64,000 bases of DNA, from positions 41,175 to 105,174 of the forward strand of contig CAUGNQ010000001.1 of the NCBI GenBank assembly GCA_959600835.1, given 5' to 3'. A model generated the notes under the pieces. It saw only the letters and a list, made by a program, of their open reading frames with translations, ran no database searches and was not told the DNA's origin. Shown here in pieces: positions 54,432 to 64,000 of the stretch. Each line of letters begins with the position of its first letter. Position 1 is the first letter of the stretch. The stretch comes from an uncultured Collinsella sp. (GTDB taxonomy: Bacteria > Actinomycetota > Coriobacteriia > Coriobacteriales > Coriobacteriaceae). Both the position numbers and the translations under genes were made by a program.

Positions 54432-54630
54432 GGAAAGTGCGTCCCACTATCCAGGCAAATTCTGGGTCAGACTTTCCCCATGAGACTTCGCTGGGAAACT
54501 GTGACCCAGAATTTCGGCTCGAAACGGGACACGGTTTCCCAAACGACCCCGTTCCGGAAACTACATCCCGGAATCGACGCTCGAACTGGGATGCACTTTC
54601 CCGATCGAGCCACATGGGAGACTGCGCCCC
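54432..54630. repeat. Array of seven alternating 14-bp motifs (same family as 6379-6547 and 43502-43639)
   Basis: Motifs start at 54432, 54464, 54494, 54526, 54556, 54588 and 54617. Confidence 0.8.
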
Positions 54631-54655
54631 ACTTTGAGGGGGCGCTCTTTAATGA

Positions 54656-55054
54656 CTACTTGCCTTTGTGGAAAAGGTTTTTGATAACGGAGGGGATGCT
54701 CTTGGCGCCCTTGGCCGTCACATCGATAAAGTCGGGCGAACGCACGAGCTTATCCTCGTCGACGTACTTACGGACCGCGCGAAGCGTCTCTTTATCGTCG
54801 CGCGTCGAAAACGTAAAGTGGCCGTTGTCCTTGGTGAAGATAGCAAAACGCGTAATCTTCTTGGTGCCGCGCAAAACCTCGGCGGCAATATAGTCGACCT
54901 CGTCCCACGGGATTTGGATATAATCCTCGGGATTACGCTCGTTATAGTACTCAAACGCCTTATTGCCCACCATCACGTTACCGTGACTGGTAAGCCCCAT
55001 CAGGCAGGTTGCCGGCGTTGCCAGATCGACCGTGCTGTTCTGAGATTGCGCCAT
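54656..55054 (-). CDS. DUF956 (ManO-like) protein
   Basis: MAQSQNSTVDL...GNKAFEYYNERNPEDYIQIPW; downstream of the mannose PTS genes. Confidence 0.85.
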   Translation of the reverse strand: MAQSQNSTVDLATPATCLMGLTSHGNVMVGNKAFEYYNERNPEDYIQIPWDEVDYIAAEVLRGTKKITRFAIFTKDNGHFTFSTRDDKETLRAVRKYVDEDKLVRSPDFIDVTAKGAKSIPSVIKNLFHKGK

Positions 55055-55174
55055 ACGCGCCTCGCCCTCCAAATAAAACAATCGGACCGCATCCAGTGTA
55101 CCCACCGGGTGCGGTCCGTTTCAATGGCTCAAAAGCCCTTGCCTAGCAACTCTCGGTCTTAAGCCGAAGCGTAC

Positions 55175-56095
55175 TTACATGAAGCCGCAGACGCGACCGA
55201 TGATGCCGACGGCGAAGAGAGCCAGGATGATGACGATCGGGCTGACCTTCTTCTTGAGGAGCTTGCAGACCAGAAGGGTCAGGCACACGGCGGCAAGGCC
55301 GGGGATGAGCTGATCGAGGTTGGCCTGAAGCGTGGTGACCTTCACCGGGTCGAGTGCGTTGGCACCGACAGAGCTGTACATCGTCAATGCCTGCTTGATG
55401 CCCTCAGAACCGGCGGGCAGGTTGGCCCAGTCGATATAGGCGCCAGCGGACTGCGTGACCTTGGAGACGACCGGGGTGAAGGAGATGGACACCCAGCGCT
55501 CGACCAGGGCGCCGATGATGAACATACCCAGGATGGAAGCACCCTCGGTGACCTTGCCCATCAGACCGCCGGAGAGGTCCTTGGCGATGGAGGAGCCGAC
55601 CTTGTAGCCAAACTCCTGCGTGTACCACAGGAAGGCGTAACGGATGATGTTCCACGCGAAGAAGAACAGCAGCGGACCGGCGATGCTGCCGGACAGGGCC
55701 AGGGAAGCGCCCAGTGCACCCAGAATCGGGCGAAGGGTGAACCAGAAGGCGGGGTCGCCGACGCCGGCGAGCGGGCCCATCATACCGACCTTGACGCCCT
55801 GAATGGCGACGTCGTCAATCGGAGCACCGTTGGCGCGCTCCTCCTCGAGGGCGAGGGTAACGCCAATGACGGGGGCGGAAACATAGGGGTGGGTGTTATA
55901 GAACTCCAGGTGGCGCTTAAGAGCGGCAATCTGGTCATCCTTGCTGGTGTAGAGCTTCTTGATCGCAGGGATCATTGCGAAGCACCAGCCGCCGTTCTGC
56001 ATACGCTCGTAGTTCCACGAGCCCTGAAGGAACTGATGACGGAAGCAAACCTTCTTACGGTCAGCCTTGGTGAGCTGAATCTTGTTCTCTGCCAT
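55175..56095 (-). CDS. manZ: PTS mannose-family IID component
   Basis: GSWNYERMQN, RHLEFYNTHP, MMGPLAGVGD. Confidence 0.95.
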   Translation of the reverse strand: MAENKIQLTKADRKKVCFRHQFLQGSWNYERMQNGGWCFAMIPAIKKLYTSKDDQIAALKRHLEFYNTHPYVSAPVIGVTLALEEERANGAPIDDVAIQGVKVGMMGPLAGVGDPAFWFTLRPILGALGASLALSGSIAGPLLFFFAWNIIRYAFLWYTQEFGYKVGSSIAKDLSGGLMGKVTEGASILGMFIIGALVERWVSISFTPVVSKVTQSAGAYIDWANLPAGSEGIKQALTMYSSVGANALDPVKVTTLQANLDQLIPGLAAVCLTLLVCKLLKKKVSPIVIILALFAVGIIGRVCGFM

Positions 56096-56111
56096 ATGTA
56101 TCACTCCCCTC

Positions 56112-56930
56112 CTACTCGTAATCGTTCAGAATGTCGCCGAGCGGGTCACCGGAGCCACCGCCCATGCCGCCACCCTGCTTGGCCAGATCCTTAAGGCCAA
56201 GGTAGATGAGGGCAAGGGAGATGCCGATGAGGCCAAGGGCGATCAGCGTGAGCTGAGGGATGGCAGCAAGGACAAAGCCGAGGATGAAGAACGGCCAGGT
56301 CTCCTTGGTGGCCATCATGTTGATGACCATGGCGTAACCGACGGAAGCGACCATGCCGCCGCCGACAGCCATGCCGCCGGACAGCCAATCGGGCATAGCG
56401 TTAAGCGCGTTGGTAACGGCCTCGGCCGGGATGATGCACAGAAGTACTGCCGGGATGGCGATACGAACACCCTGCATGAGGATGCCGGCGTACTGCCAAC
56501 GCTCGATGCCGGCGAAGTCGCCCTTCTCGGCGCAGGCGTCCATGGCGTGAACCATAGCGGTAGCCAGGGTACGGCAGATCATGGTCAGGAACAGACCAGC
56601 GACCGACAGCGGGACGGCGACGGCGATGGCGGCGGTAACGGCCTTGGCCGAATCGGTGGCGCCACCGTTGAGGGCGAGCACCATGATGATCGAAGAAGCG
56701 ACCGAGGCCAGAGCGGCGTCAGGCGCGACGGCGGCGCCGACGTTAGCCCAGCCAAGGGCCATCATCTGGAGCGAACCGCCCAGGAGGATGCCCTCCTGAA
56801 GGTGACCGGTTACGAGACCGATAAGCGTGCATGCCACGAGCGGCTGATGGAACTGGAACTCATCCAGAATGCCTTCCATACCGGCAAGCAACGCGACAAT
56901 CGCAACAAGCAGAATAGTGATTGCAGACAT
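56112..56930 (-). CDS. manY: PTS mannose-family IIC component
   Basis: DEFQFHQPLVACTLIG, GAAVAPD, VGYAMVINMM. Confidence 0.95.
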   Translation of the reverse strand: MSAITILLVAIVALLAGMEGILDEFQFHQPLVACTLIGLVTGHLQEGILLGGSLQMMALGWANVGAAVAPDAALASVASSIIMVLALNGGATDSAKAVTAAIAVAVPLSVAGLFLTMICRTLATAMVHAMDACAEKGDFAGIERWQYAGILMQGVRIAIPAVLLCIIPAEAVTNALNAMPDWLSGGMAVGGGMVASVGYAMVINMMATKETWPFFILGFVLAAIPQLTLIALGLIGISLALIYLGLKDLAKQGGGMGGGSGDPLGDILNDYE

Positions 56931-56948
56931 GTATCGGACCCTCCTTTA

Positions 56949-57941
56949 CTATGCTTGAGCGGCCAGTTCGGCCTTAGCTTTCTTCAACATGGCGTCGAGA
57001 TCCTCGGAGGAATCCGAAGGAACCTTGCGGACCTCGAACTTGACGCCCTTGGCCTTGAGAGCCTCGATGGTCTTGACATCGTCATCGCCCATGGCGACGG
57101 CGTTAGTGACGACGACCTTGCCCTTGGAGTGGGCCATGGAACCGATGTTGGCTTCCTTGATGTCGACGCCGGCCTCGATGGCCCTGAGCAGATCCTGCGG
57201 GTTCTCGAACAGCAGCATCGCCTTGGTGTCGCCAAAGCGCGTGTCCTTGACGACCTCGGCCATCTTCTTGATAGGCACGACGTTGGCGTGGACTCCCGGA
57301 GGGGCAGCCTGCTCGATCATGGTCTTGCGGAGCTCGTCGTGAGCAACGCCGTCGGAAACCACGATGATGCGGTTGGGGTTGATCTGCTTGGTCCACGTGG
57401 TGGCCACCTGACCATGCAGCAGGCGCGTGTCGATACGGACGTGGGCGATCTTGATGTGCCCGTCGCCGATCACCGTTCCCGGAGGAATGGCACCCGCAGG
57501 AGCAGCGGCGGCCGCAGCCGGCTTCTTCTCCTCGGGCTCCAGAGACTCGGGCTTGACGCGCACGCCGGCCTTAGCCTCAGTCACGAGATGTTTTGCGATC
57601 GCATGTGCAGTGTTCTTTGCGTCAAAGCGCTGCGAATATGCCTCGATGAGCATAGGCAGGTTGACACCGGTGACGATAGCCCAGGAATCGTGGCCCTCGA
57701 TGAGCCCGCTGATCTGGTTGAACGGCGTGCCGCCCCACAGATCAACGAGGAAGAGCACCTGCTCCTGGTCCTCGAAGGAAGCGATTGCCTCCTCGACCTT
57801 GGCACGGAAGTCGTCGGGGCCCATGCTCGGCTCGAGCGAGACCACGGCAACAGACGGCTGATCGCCAAAGACCATCGAGCCCGTCTGCTTGATTCCAGCC
57901 GCCAAGTCACCATGGCTAGCAAGAACAATACTTACCATCAC
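56949..57941 (-). CDS. manX: PTS mannose-family IIAB component
   Basis: ASHG, DLWGGTPFN, RIDTRLLHGQV. Confidence 0.95.
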   Translation of the reverse strand: MMVSIVLASHGDLAAGIKQTGSMVFGDQPSVAVVSLEPSMGPDDFRAKVEEAIASFEDQEQVLFLVDLWGGTPFNQISGLIEGHDSWAIVTGVNLPMLIEAYSQRFDAKNTAHAIAKHLVTEAKAGVRVKPESLEPEEKKPAAAAAAPAGAIPPGTVIGDGHIKIAHVRIDTRLLHGQVATTWTKQINPNRIIVVSDGVAHDELRKTMIEQAAPPGVHANVVPIKKMAEVVKDTRFGDTKAMLLFENPQDLLRAIEAGVDIKEANIGSMAHSKGKVVVTNAVAMGDDDVKTIEALKAKGVKFEVRKVPSDSSEDLDAMLKKAKAELAAQA

Positions 57942-58254
57942 ATAACCTCCTTTTTGTCTACGTAATTCCTACACGACAGTTATGGAGTATAGCTGCAAAT
58001 ACAGCAGAATTGTTTGAAAAACTGCAAAAGGTAGCATTATTTGTTTAAACGTCTTGTTTTGTTACAAGCTGATTACATTCCAGTATTTTGGCTGATTTGC
58101 TGCTGAGGATTGATAGCTGATCTATTTACATGACCGAATTGAGCACGCTGTTCATTATTGCCGGTTTTAAACAGACACAAATGTGCTCGCGTTGAGGCTA
58201 TTTCGTTTAAACAGATGGTGCTTGACTAATGGTAAGAAATATGATCTAGCAAAG

Positions 58255-58310
58255 TAGTCGTTAGGGACGTTCTTTAATGACTAGTCGTTTAAGAACGTCC
58301 CCAACGACTA
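58255..58310. repeat. Imperfect 56-bp palindrome related to the terminal repeats at 6323/6590
   Basis: tagtcgttagggacgttctttaatgac-ta-gtcgtttaagaacgtccccaacgacta. Confidence 0.7.
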
Positions 58311-58312
58311 AG

Positions 58313-58741
58313 TTAGGCGATGTGGAGGGGGTTGGCGGCGTCGACGGCGTCGGGGGCGTCAGAAGGGACGTCGGGGGCAGCGTCTGCCGGGTCCTCGTCG
58401 GGGGTCTCGATCTGCTTGATCATGACCTCTTGGCCCTGGAGCAAATAGGTATCGCCGCTACCGCAATGGGGGCAGGTCTTGCCGTGTTCGACTGTCGCAT
58501 AGTCGCGGCCGCACGCCTCGCAATGCGTCACGGCCTCGACGGACTCCACGATAAGCTCCGCGCCCTGCGCGATAGGCTTTTTATCTGCCGCCCAGCGCCA
58601 AGCATCAAGCAGCAGATCGGGAACGACGCCCGAGACCTCGCCCAGGAGCAGCGTCACGCTCGAAACGCGACTCACGCCATTGGCGCGCGCCACATTCTCG
58701 ACATCGCGAATGATGTGATAAACAATCCCGATCTCGTGCAC
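58313..58741 (-). CDS. hypA: Nickel metallochaperone HypA
   Basis: MHE N-terminus, CEAC and CPHC, LLQGQE. Confidence 0.9.
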   Translation of the reverse strand: MHEIGIVYHIIRDVENVARANGVSRVSSVTLLLGEVSGVVPDLLLDAWRWAADKKPIAQGAELIVESVEAVTHCEACGRDYATVEHGKTCPHCGSGDTYLLQGQEVMIKQIETPDEDPADAAPDVPSDAPDAVDAANPLHIA

Positions 58742-58935
58742 TTTTAATTCCTTCCGCCGTTCTACCGAACGGCGGTCGGCTTGACGCTGCGCGAGCCCCA
58801 GACGGGCGATCTGCCTTTCAATCGTCGGGCATGGGCAAAAGCCCTATGCCCTCCTCTTTCAAGGCACCTCGCCACGCCTGGGACTCGCTCGCTGTCCAAC
58901 CGCTCTCTGCGCCGTTCTCCTGCTTGTTGCGTTTC

Positions 58936-61713
58936 TTACTTCTTCCCGAATTTGATCTTAATGGCGCGCTTGAGCGCGTACTTGCCCAGGCTTGGGAGCT
59001 TTTGCTCGTATTTGACCATCGTTGAGCACTCGGGGCGGTCGCGATCCAGATGGATGGCGTCGAACGCGCACTTGGTGGTGCACAGACCGCAGCCAATACA
59101 CTTGTTGGGGTCGACGATCGAGGCACCGCAACCCAGGCAGCGGGCGGTCTCGGCGCGCACCTGCTCCTCGGTAAAGGTCTCGACGTACTCGCTAAACGGC
59201 GCGGCCTTCTCGCGCTCGCGGTCCACGTGAGCAACCTCGCGGCTCGCGTTGTCATAGCTCTCAATTACAACATCGTCGCGGTCGAGCGCGGTGTAGCGGC
59301 GCTGGTTGCGGCCGATGGTGAGCGTGGAGCCCGGCTGCACAAAGCGGTGGATGGACACAGCAGCCTCGTGACCGGCGGCGATGGCGTCGATGGCAAAGCT
59401 GGGACCGGTGAAGACGTCGCCGCCCACAAAGATATCGGGCTCGGCGGTCTGATAGGTCTGCGGGTCGGCAAGGGCGCCCTGACCGCGGCCGAGCTCCACC
59501 TTGGAGCCAGCCAGCAGGTCGCCCCACACAATGGACTGGCCAATCGACATGACGACGCGGTCGGCATCGACACGACGCAGGTCGTTCTCGTCGTACTCGG
59601 GCGCAAAACGGCCCTCGTCGTCAAAGACGCGCGTGCAGCGCTTGAAGGTGATTCCGCAAACACGGCCGGCCTCGTCCAGGTGAACCTCCTTGGGACCCCA
59701 GCCGCAGCTGATGTGAGCGCCGTCCTCGATGGCCTCGCGACGCTCCTCCTCGCTAGCGGGCATCTGAGCCTCGCTCTCCAGGCAGAACATCTCAACATGC
59801 TCGGAGCCCAGACGGCAGGCGTTGCGCGCGACATCGATCGCCACGTTGCCGCCGCCCACCACGATGGTGCGGCCAGGCAGCGCGTCGATCTTGCCACTGT
59901 TGACCTCGCGAAGGAAGTCGACGGCCACGGTCACGTCCTTGGCATCCTCGCCCGGAACACCGGCAAGGCGGCCGCCCTGGCAGCCAATAGCCACGTAGAA
60001 GGCCTTAAAGCCCTGCGCGCGCAGCTCGTCGAGCGTCACATCACGACCGACCTCCACGCCATAGCGGAACTCGGCACCCATCAGGCGAATAACCTCGACC
60101 TCGGCCTCAATAACGTCCTTCTGCAGCTTAAAGCTGGGAATACCGTAAGTGAGCATGCCGCCCGGGCGCTCGTTCTTCTCGAACACGACGGGCTTGTAGC
60201 CCTTCTCGGCCAGGTAGAAAGCGCAAGACAGGCCGGCCGGACCGGCACCGATGATGGCAATCTTCTGGTCGAAGCCACCGGCGCGCGTCGGCGTCACCAC
60301 GGGCGGGACATAACGGGTCGCGGCATCCAGATCGCGCTGGGCGATAAACTTCTTGACCTCGTCGATAGCCACGGCGGCGTCCACACGGCCGCGGGTGCAG
60401 GCATCCTCACAGCGGCGGTTGCACACACGGCCGCAGATAGCGGGCAGCGGGTTCTCACGCTTGATGAGCGCCAGCGCCTCGTCATAGCGACCCTGAGCCG
60501 CGAGCTTCAAATAGCCCTGAACGGCGACATGCGCGGGGCAGGCCGTCTTGCAGGGAGCGGTGCCGGACTCATGCGTCTCGATGCGGTTGTCGTTGCGGTA
60601 GTTGGGCGACCACTTGGTGTGGTCCCACTTGGTGGCATCGGGCAGCTCCTGGCGCGGATACTCGGGCACCTGTCCGCCAGCCTTTTTGCTACAGAGCTTC
60701 TGGCCCAGTTTGGCGGCGCCGGCCGGACACACCTCAACGCAGCGACCGCAGGCCACGCACTTGTCCTTCTCGACCTTGGCGACATAGGCCGAGCGCGACA
60801 GGTTGGGTGTGTTGAACAGCTGCGAGGTGCGCAGGGCGTAGCACACGTTAACGTTGCAGTTGCAGATGGCGAAGATCTTGTTCTCGCCATCGATGTTGGT
60901 AATCTGGTGCACAAAGCCGTTGTCCTCGGCCTGGCGCAGGATGTCGTAGACCTCCTCGCGCGTCACATAGTGGCCGCGGTCGGTCTCGACCACGTAGTCG
61001 GCCATATCGCCCACGGCGATGCACCAATCGGCCGGGTCGTCGGCGCAGCCCTCTCCCATTACGCGACGGCTCGCGCGGCAGCTGCAGGTGCTGGCGGCAT
61101 ATTTGCCATCGTATTTGTCGAGCCAGTGCTCGATATGCTCGATCGGCACCGAGGTGCTCGCGGCATCGATGGCCTTCTCGACCGGAATCACGTGCATGCC
61201 GATACCGGCGCCTCCGGGCGGCACCATCGGCGTAGCACGGGACAGCGGGCCCTTGGACGCCTGTTCAAAGAACTTGGCATAGACCGGATGCTCCTCGAGC
61301 TGGCCCATGCGCATGTTGAGGAACTCGGCAGAACCCGGCACCAGCATGGGCAGCACCCACTGCTTGGCGCGCTCGGGATTTTCCCAGTTGTACTCGAGCA
61401 GGCCCGTGTAGCTCATGTCGTCGAGCATCTTCTCGATCTGGGCCTCGGGCATGCCGGTGAGCTTGACCATCTCGGGCAGCGTATAGGGACGGCGCATCTT
61501 CATCTTGCAGAGCACTTCGGCCTGCTCGTCGGTTGCGGCCTCGGCAAACGACCAGTACTCGTAGCCCAGCAGCTCGTCGCGGTGCAACAGGCGGTTGGTG
61601 CAGTGCTCACACAGTTTGACGATGGCCTCGCGCGGATGCTCCGGTATCGGCGGCACGAACTCCGCGCCGATATCGGGCTCGGTATAGCTAATCCCCGGTC
61701 CGTTGAGAATCAT
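58936..61713 (-). CDS. Fe-S/FAD-dependent oxidoreductase (GltD/NfnB-like core plus 4Fe-4S ferredoxin domains)
   Basis: CVACGRC, PCKTACP, CGRVC, GAGPAG, GGGNVAID, CIGCGLC; likely start MILNGPG at 61713. Confidence 0.88.
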   Translation of the reverse strand: MILNGPGISYTEPDIGAEFVPPIPEHPREAIVKLCEHCTNRLLHRDELLGYEYWSFAEAATDEQAEVLCKMKMRRPYTLPEMVKLTGMPEAQIEKMLDDMSYTGLLEYNWENPERAKQWVLPMLVPGSAEFLNMRMGQLEEHPVYAKFFEQASKGPLSRATPMVPPGGAGIGMHVIPVEKAIDAASTSVPIEHIEHWLDKYDGKYAASTCSCRASRRVMGEGCADDPADWCIAVGDMADYVVETDRGHYVTREEVYDILRQAEDNGFVHQITNIDGENKIFAICNCNVNVCYALRTSQLFNTPNLSRSAYVAKVEKDKCVACGRCVEVCPAGAAKLGQKLCSKKAGGQVPEYPRQELPDATKWDHTKWSPNYRNDNRIETHESGTAPCKTACPAHVAVQGYLKLAAQGRYDEALALIKRENPLPAICGRVCNRRCEDACTRGRVDAAVAIDEVKKFIAQRDLDAATRYVPPVVTPTRAGGFDQKIAIIGAGPAGLSCAFYLAEKGYKPVVFEKNERPGGMLTYGIPSFKLQKDVIEAEVEVIRLMGAEFRYGVEVGRDVTLDELRAQGFKAFYVAIGCQGGRLAGVPGEDAKDVTVAVDFLREVNSGKIDALPGRTIVVGGGNVAIDVARNACRLGSEHVEMFCLESEAQMPASEEERREAIEDGAHISCGWGPKEVHLDEAGRVCGITFKRCTRVFDDEGRFAPEYDENDLRRVDADRVVMSIGQSIVWGDLLAGSKVELGRGQGALADPQTYQTAEPDIFVGGDVFTGPSFAIDAIAAGHEAAVSIHRFVQPGSTLTIGRNQRRYTALDRDDVVIESYDNASREVAHVDREREKAAPFSEYVETFTEEQVRAETARCLGCGASIVDPNKCIGCGLCTTKCAFDAIHLDRDRPECSTMVKYEQKLPSLGKYALKRAIKIKFGKK

Positions 61714-61806
61714 GGTTATCCCTTCTCTTGCCGCAGCCCGGCGAGACCGCAGCGCCCCTCTTTTTTTGCAGGCCGAGCATGCCCCCATGCCGTTCACCCG
61801 CCATTG

Positions 61807-61844
61807 TTGACATTGTGTCAAAAATAGTATTGACGAACCGTCAA
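61807..61844. promoter_or_regulatory. Two TTGAC-N5-GTCAA palindromes; candidate TetR operators
   Basis: ttgacattgtgtcaa (61807-61821) and ttgacgaaccgtcaa (61830-61844) between the divergent oxidoreductase and tetR genes. Confidence 0.7.
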
Positions 61845-61902
61845 CAATATTCAAGACTGTTAGGCGAACGGTCAGGCAAAAGAGGATGAAAGGCGGCAAA
61901 AC

Positions 61903-62565
61903 ATGGGCAACAACACAGCGGATATCTCTGTGGTCGATGCCGTCCCCGCATCCGATAGCGCGGCAAAGCGCCTGACGGGCGACGAACGCCGTCGCGAGAT
62001 TCTCGATGCCGTGCGCACCGTAAGCTCCGAGCTGGGCGTGTCCCACCTATCGGTATCGGCCGTGACCAAGCGAGCCGGCTGCACGCGCTCGCTGTTCTAC
62101 CACTACTTCGCCGACATGGACGCCGCCGTCACCGCTGTTATGGACGAGGCGATCGACGGTTTTATCTCCGAGCTCGAGCAGTGGAATGCCGGCCGCACCG
62201 TCGGTGATATCGAGGGCGCGCTCGACACCGTCGCCCCACTCTTTAAGCGTCTGGTCGCCAGCGGCCACGAGCTGCCGAGTACGCTCACCTCGAGCAGCGG
62301 CGCGCTCTACGGCGGCTTTTTGCACAACGTGGTCCAGCGCGTGGCGCAGTATATCTGCGATACCACCGTGGTGGATTTTGTCGCCCATCATGAGCTACGC
62401 ATCGACCATGTCTACGAGACGTTCTACACCCTCATCATGGGTCTTTTGATGTATATCCGCACGCACCCCGATGTGCCCGACGAGACGGTCAAGGAAATCA
62501 TCGCCTCGACACTCCACATCGAGGGCTATACCGCCAAGTATCCGGAGCGCAAGCCCCAGAACTGA
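61903..62565 (+). CDS. TetR/AcrR-family regulator
   Basis: RRREILDA...SVSAVTKRAGCTRSLFYHYF HTH. Confidence 0.92.
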   Translation: MGNNTADISVVDAVPASDSAAKRLTGDERRREILDAVRTVSSELGVSHLSVSAVTKRAGCTRSLFYHYFADMDAAVTAVMDEAIDGFISELEQWNAGRTVGDIEGALDTVAPLFKRLVASGHELPSTLTSSSGALYGGFLHNVVQRVAQYICDTTVVDFVAHHELRIDHVYETFYTLIMGLLMYIRTHPDVPDETVKEIIASTLHIEGYTAKYPERKPQN

Positions 62566-62628
62566 CGACATTTGGCCAAACTGCCCGCGATCAGAAGAGG
62601 GGCCGCGGGCGTGTGAAAGGAGAGCAGC

Positions 62629-63636
62629 ATGCTGTTCGATGTTTGGGGTAGCGATACCCTTATCCACTGGGCCGGCTGGGCCATGGTCTTTATTGGCCTG
62701 ATCGTGCTCAACGAGGTCGGCCGCCGCACCAAGCTGGGCGCGGCAATCATCTTTGGCGTGGCTCCGCTGGCCATGACCATCTACTGCGTCGCCATCGCCA
62801 TTGGCGTCTCACAGGGTGCCGAGTGGGCGCTCACCAACCCCACCCATGTGTACCAGAACAGCTGGTTCCACTACGCCAAGGTCTACGCGGCGTTGGCCGG
62901 TTGCTGGGGCTTCATCGCCATTAAGTATCAGTGGGGCAAGATCGGCAAGGCACACTGGTTCCGCGCGTGGCCGTTTGTGATCGTCGCCATCAACATCATG
63001 ATCGCCGTCGTGTCCGACTTTGAGAGCGCCTATCACTTCTTTGTCCTGGGCCAGTCCACTTGGGTCACCTCCGAAGGTGCTACGCAGCTGGCCGGCTGGA
63101 ACAACGTGTTCAACGGCATCGCCGGTATCATCAACATCTTCTGCATGACCGGTTGGTGGAGCGTCTACGCCTCCGAGGACAAGACCGACATGCTGTGGCC
63201 CGATATGACCTGGGTCTACATCATCGCCTACGATATCTGGAACTTCTGCTACACCTACAACTGCCTGCCCACCCACTCCTGGTTCTGCGGCTTTGCACTG
63301 CTGCTGGCGCCCACCGTCGCCGCCTTTATCTGGAACAAGGGCGGCTGGATCCAGAACCGTGCCTTTACGCTGGCTATTTGGTGCATGTTTGCCCAGGTGT
63401 TCCCGTACTTCCAGGAGGAGTCCATCTTTGTGACCCACTCCACGCTCGACCCCGGCGCCGCTACCGCGGTCTCGATCGCCGCACTGGTCGCCAACGTCGC
63501 CGCGATCATCTACATCGCCTACCGCGCCAAGAAGCTCGGCCGCAATCCCTACAAGCAGGATGTCTTTGAGGGCACCAGCGATTGGGAGAAGGCCACCGCT
63601 CGCCGTGCCAAGGTTGATTACGCGCACGCCGAGTAA
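62629..63636 (+). CDS. Multi-TM membrane protein, DUF5692-like
   Basis: Trp-rich hydrophobic protein (WFHYAK, AINI, DMLWPDM, YDIWN, WIQNRA); aaggag RBS. Confidence 0.75.
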   Translation: MLFDVWGSDTLIHWAGWAMVFIGLIVLNEVGRRTKLGAAIIFGVAPLAMTIYCVAIAIGVSQGAEWALTNPTHVYQNSWFHYAKVYAALAGCWGFIAIKYQWGKIGKAHWFRAWPFVIVAINIMIAVVSDFESAYHFFVLGQSTWVTSEGATQLAGWNNVFNGIAGIINIFCMTGWWSVYASEDKTDMLWPDMTWVYIIAYDIWNFCYTYNCLPTHSWFCGFALLLAPTVAAFIWNKGGWIQNRAFTLAIWCMFAQVFPYFQEESIFVTHSTLDPGAATAVSIAALVANVAAIIYIAYRAKKLGRNPYKQDVFEGTSDWEKATARRAKVDYAHAE

Positions 63637-63704
63637 CATGTTGGCCGCTGTTGGCACTTGGGCATAGGCCCGCTCACCAGGCCTTTCAATCCAATGTCTC
63701 GCAG

Positions 63705-63745
63705 AGCCCCCGAAAAGCGTTTCGCTCGCTTTCCGGGGGCTTTTT
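63705..63745 (+). terminator. Rho-independent terminator
   Basis: agcccccgaaaagcg...cgctttccgggggct followed by tttt. Confidence 0.7.
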
Positions 63746-63874
63746 GTCGTTGCGCCTCTATTCATCTATTCAAAAACACGCGCATATATAAAATCGGATT
63801 TCAAATCATGCGGCGGCTCTATGGAGCCCCGTTTTTGGGTACATTGTTGTCCCGATATTGAGCTTGGGGGATAT

Positions 63875-64000
63875 ATGAAAGATGAGACGATGGGCCAAGA
63901 GGATGCGGTCCAAGATGCAGAAGCGTGTGCCGAGGCCCTGGAGAGTCTAGACCAGATCGCGCTGGCCGAGATTACGTTTGACGATTCGAGCGTTAATGTG
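63875..64000 (+). CDS. 5' end of an unidentified CDS running off the window
   Basis: ggggg RBS-like then MKDETMGQEDAVQDAEACAEALESLDQIALAEITFDDSSVNV, open to the window end. Confidence 0.45.
   Translation, partial: MKDETMGQEDAVQDAEACAEALESLDQIALAEITFDDSSVNV

Overview
GC-rich actinobacterial chromosome segment. The gene set and order (RodA-PBP fusion, membrane-anchored LuxR regulator, nifJ, mannose PTS) suggest Coriobacteriia, probably Collinsella-like; this is inference. The core backbone holds a LytS/LytTR two-component pair, amidohydrolase, APC permease, C39-like protein, nifJ, recR-ybaB-dnaX, a kinase-fhaA-fhaB-pstP-rodA/pbpA-pknB cluster, tRNA-Arg(CCT), manXYZ, hypA, an Fe-S flavoprotein and TetR. 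Three accessory blocks interrupt it. (1) A deiminase-pathway island (7.6-13.7 kb) sits between two ~1.05 kb near-identical arcC copies. (2) An AT-richer RiPP island (21.5-27.7 kb) sits between an FHA gene and a displaced copy of that gene's 3' end. It encodes a radical SAM/SPASM enzyme, two Cys/Asp-rich precursors sharing an MKHIHP leader (one absent from the ORF track), a 35-aa membrane peptide (also absent), an ABC exporter and a broken methyltransferase. This is the best candidate for an undescribed system, probably a ranthipeptide-type cluster. (3) A secreted-protein/ABC cassette with a double-LuxR membrane regulator lies at 37.5-43.4 kb. Non-coding highlights are three dispersed arrays of a 14-bp motif in alternating orientation with ~62-bp period, related inverted-repeat elements at 6.3 and 58.3 kb, and 128-bp tandem repeats built from tRNA-Arg fragments.
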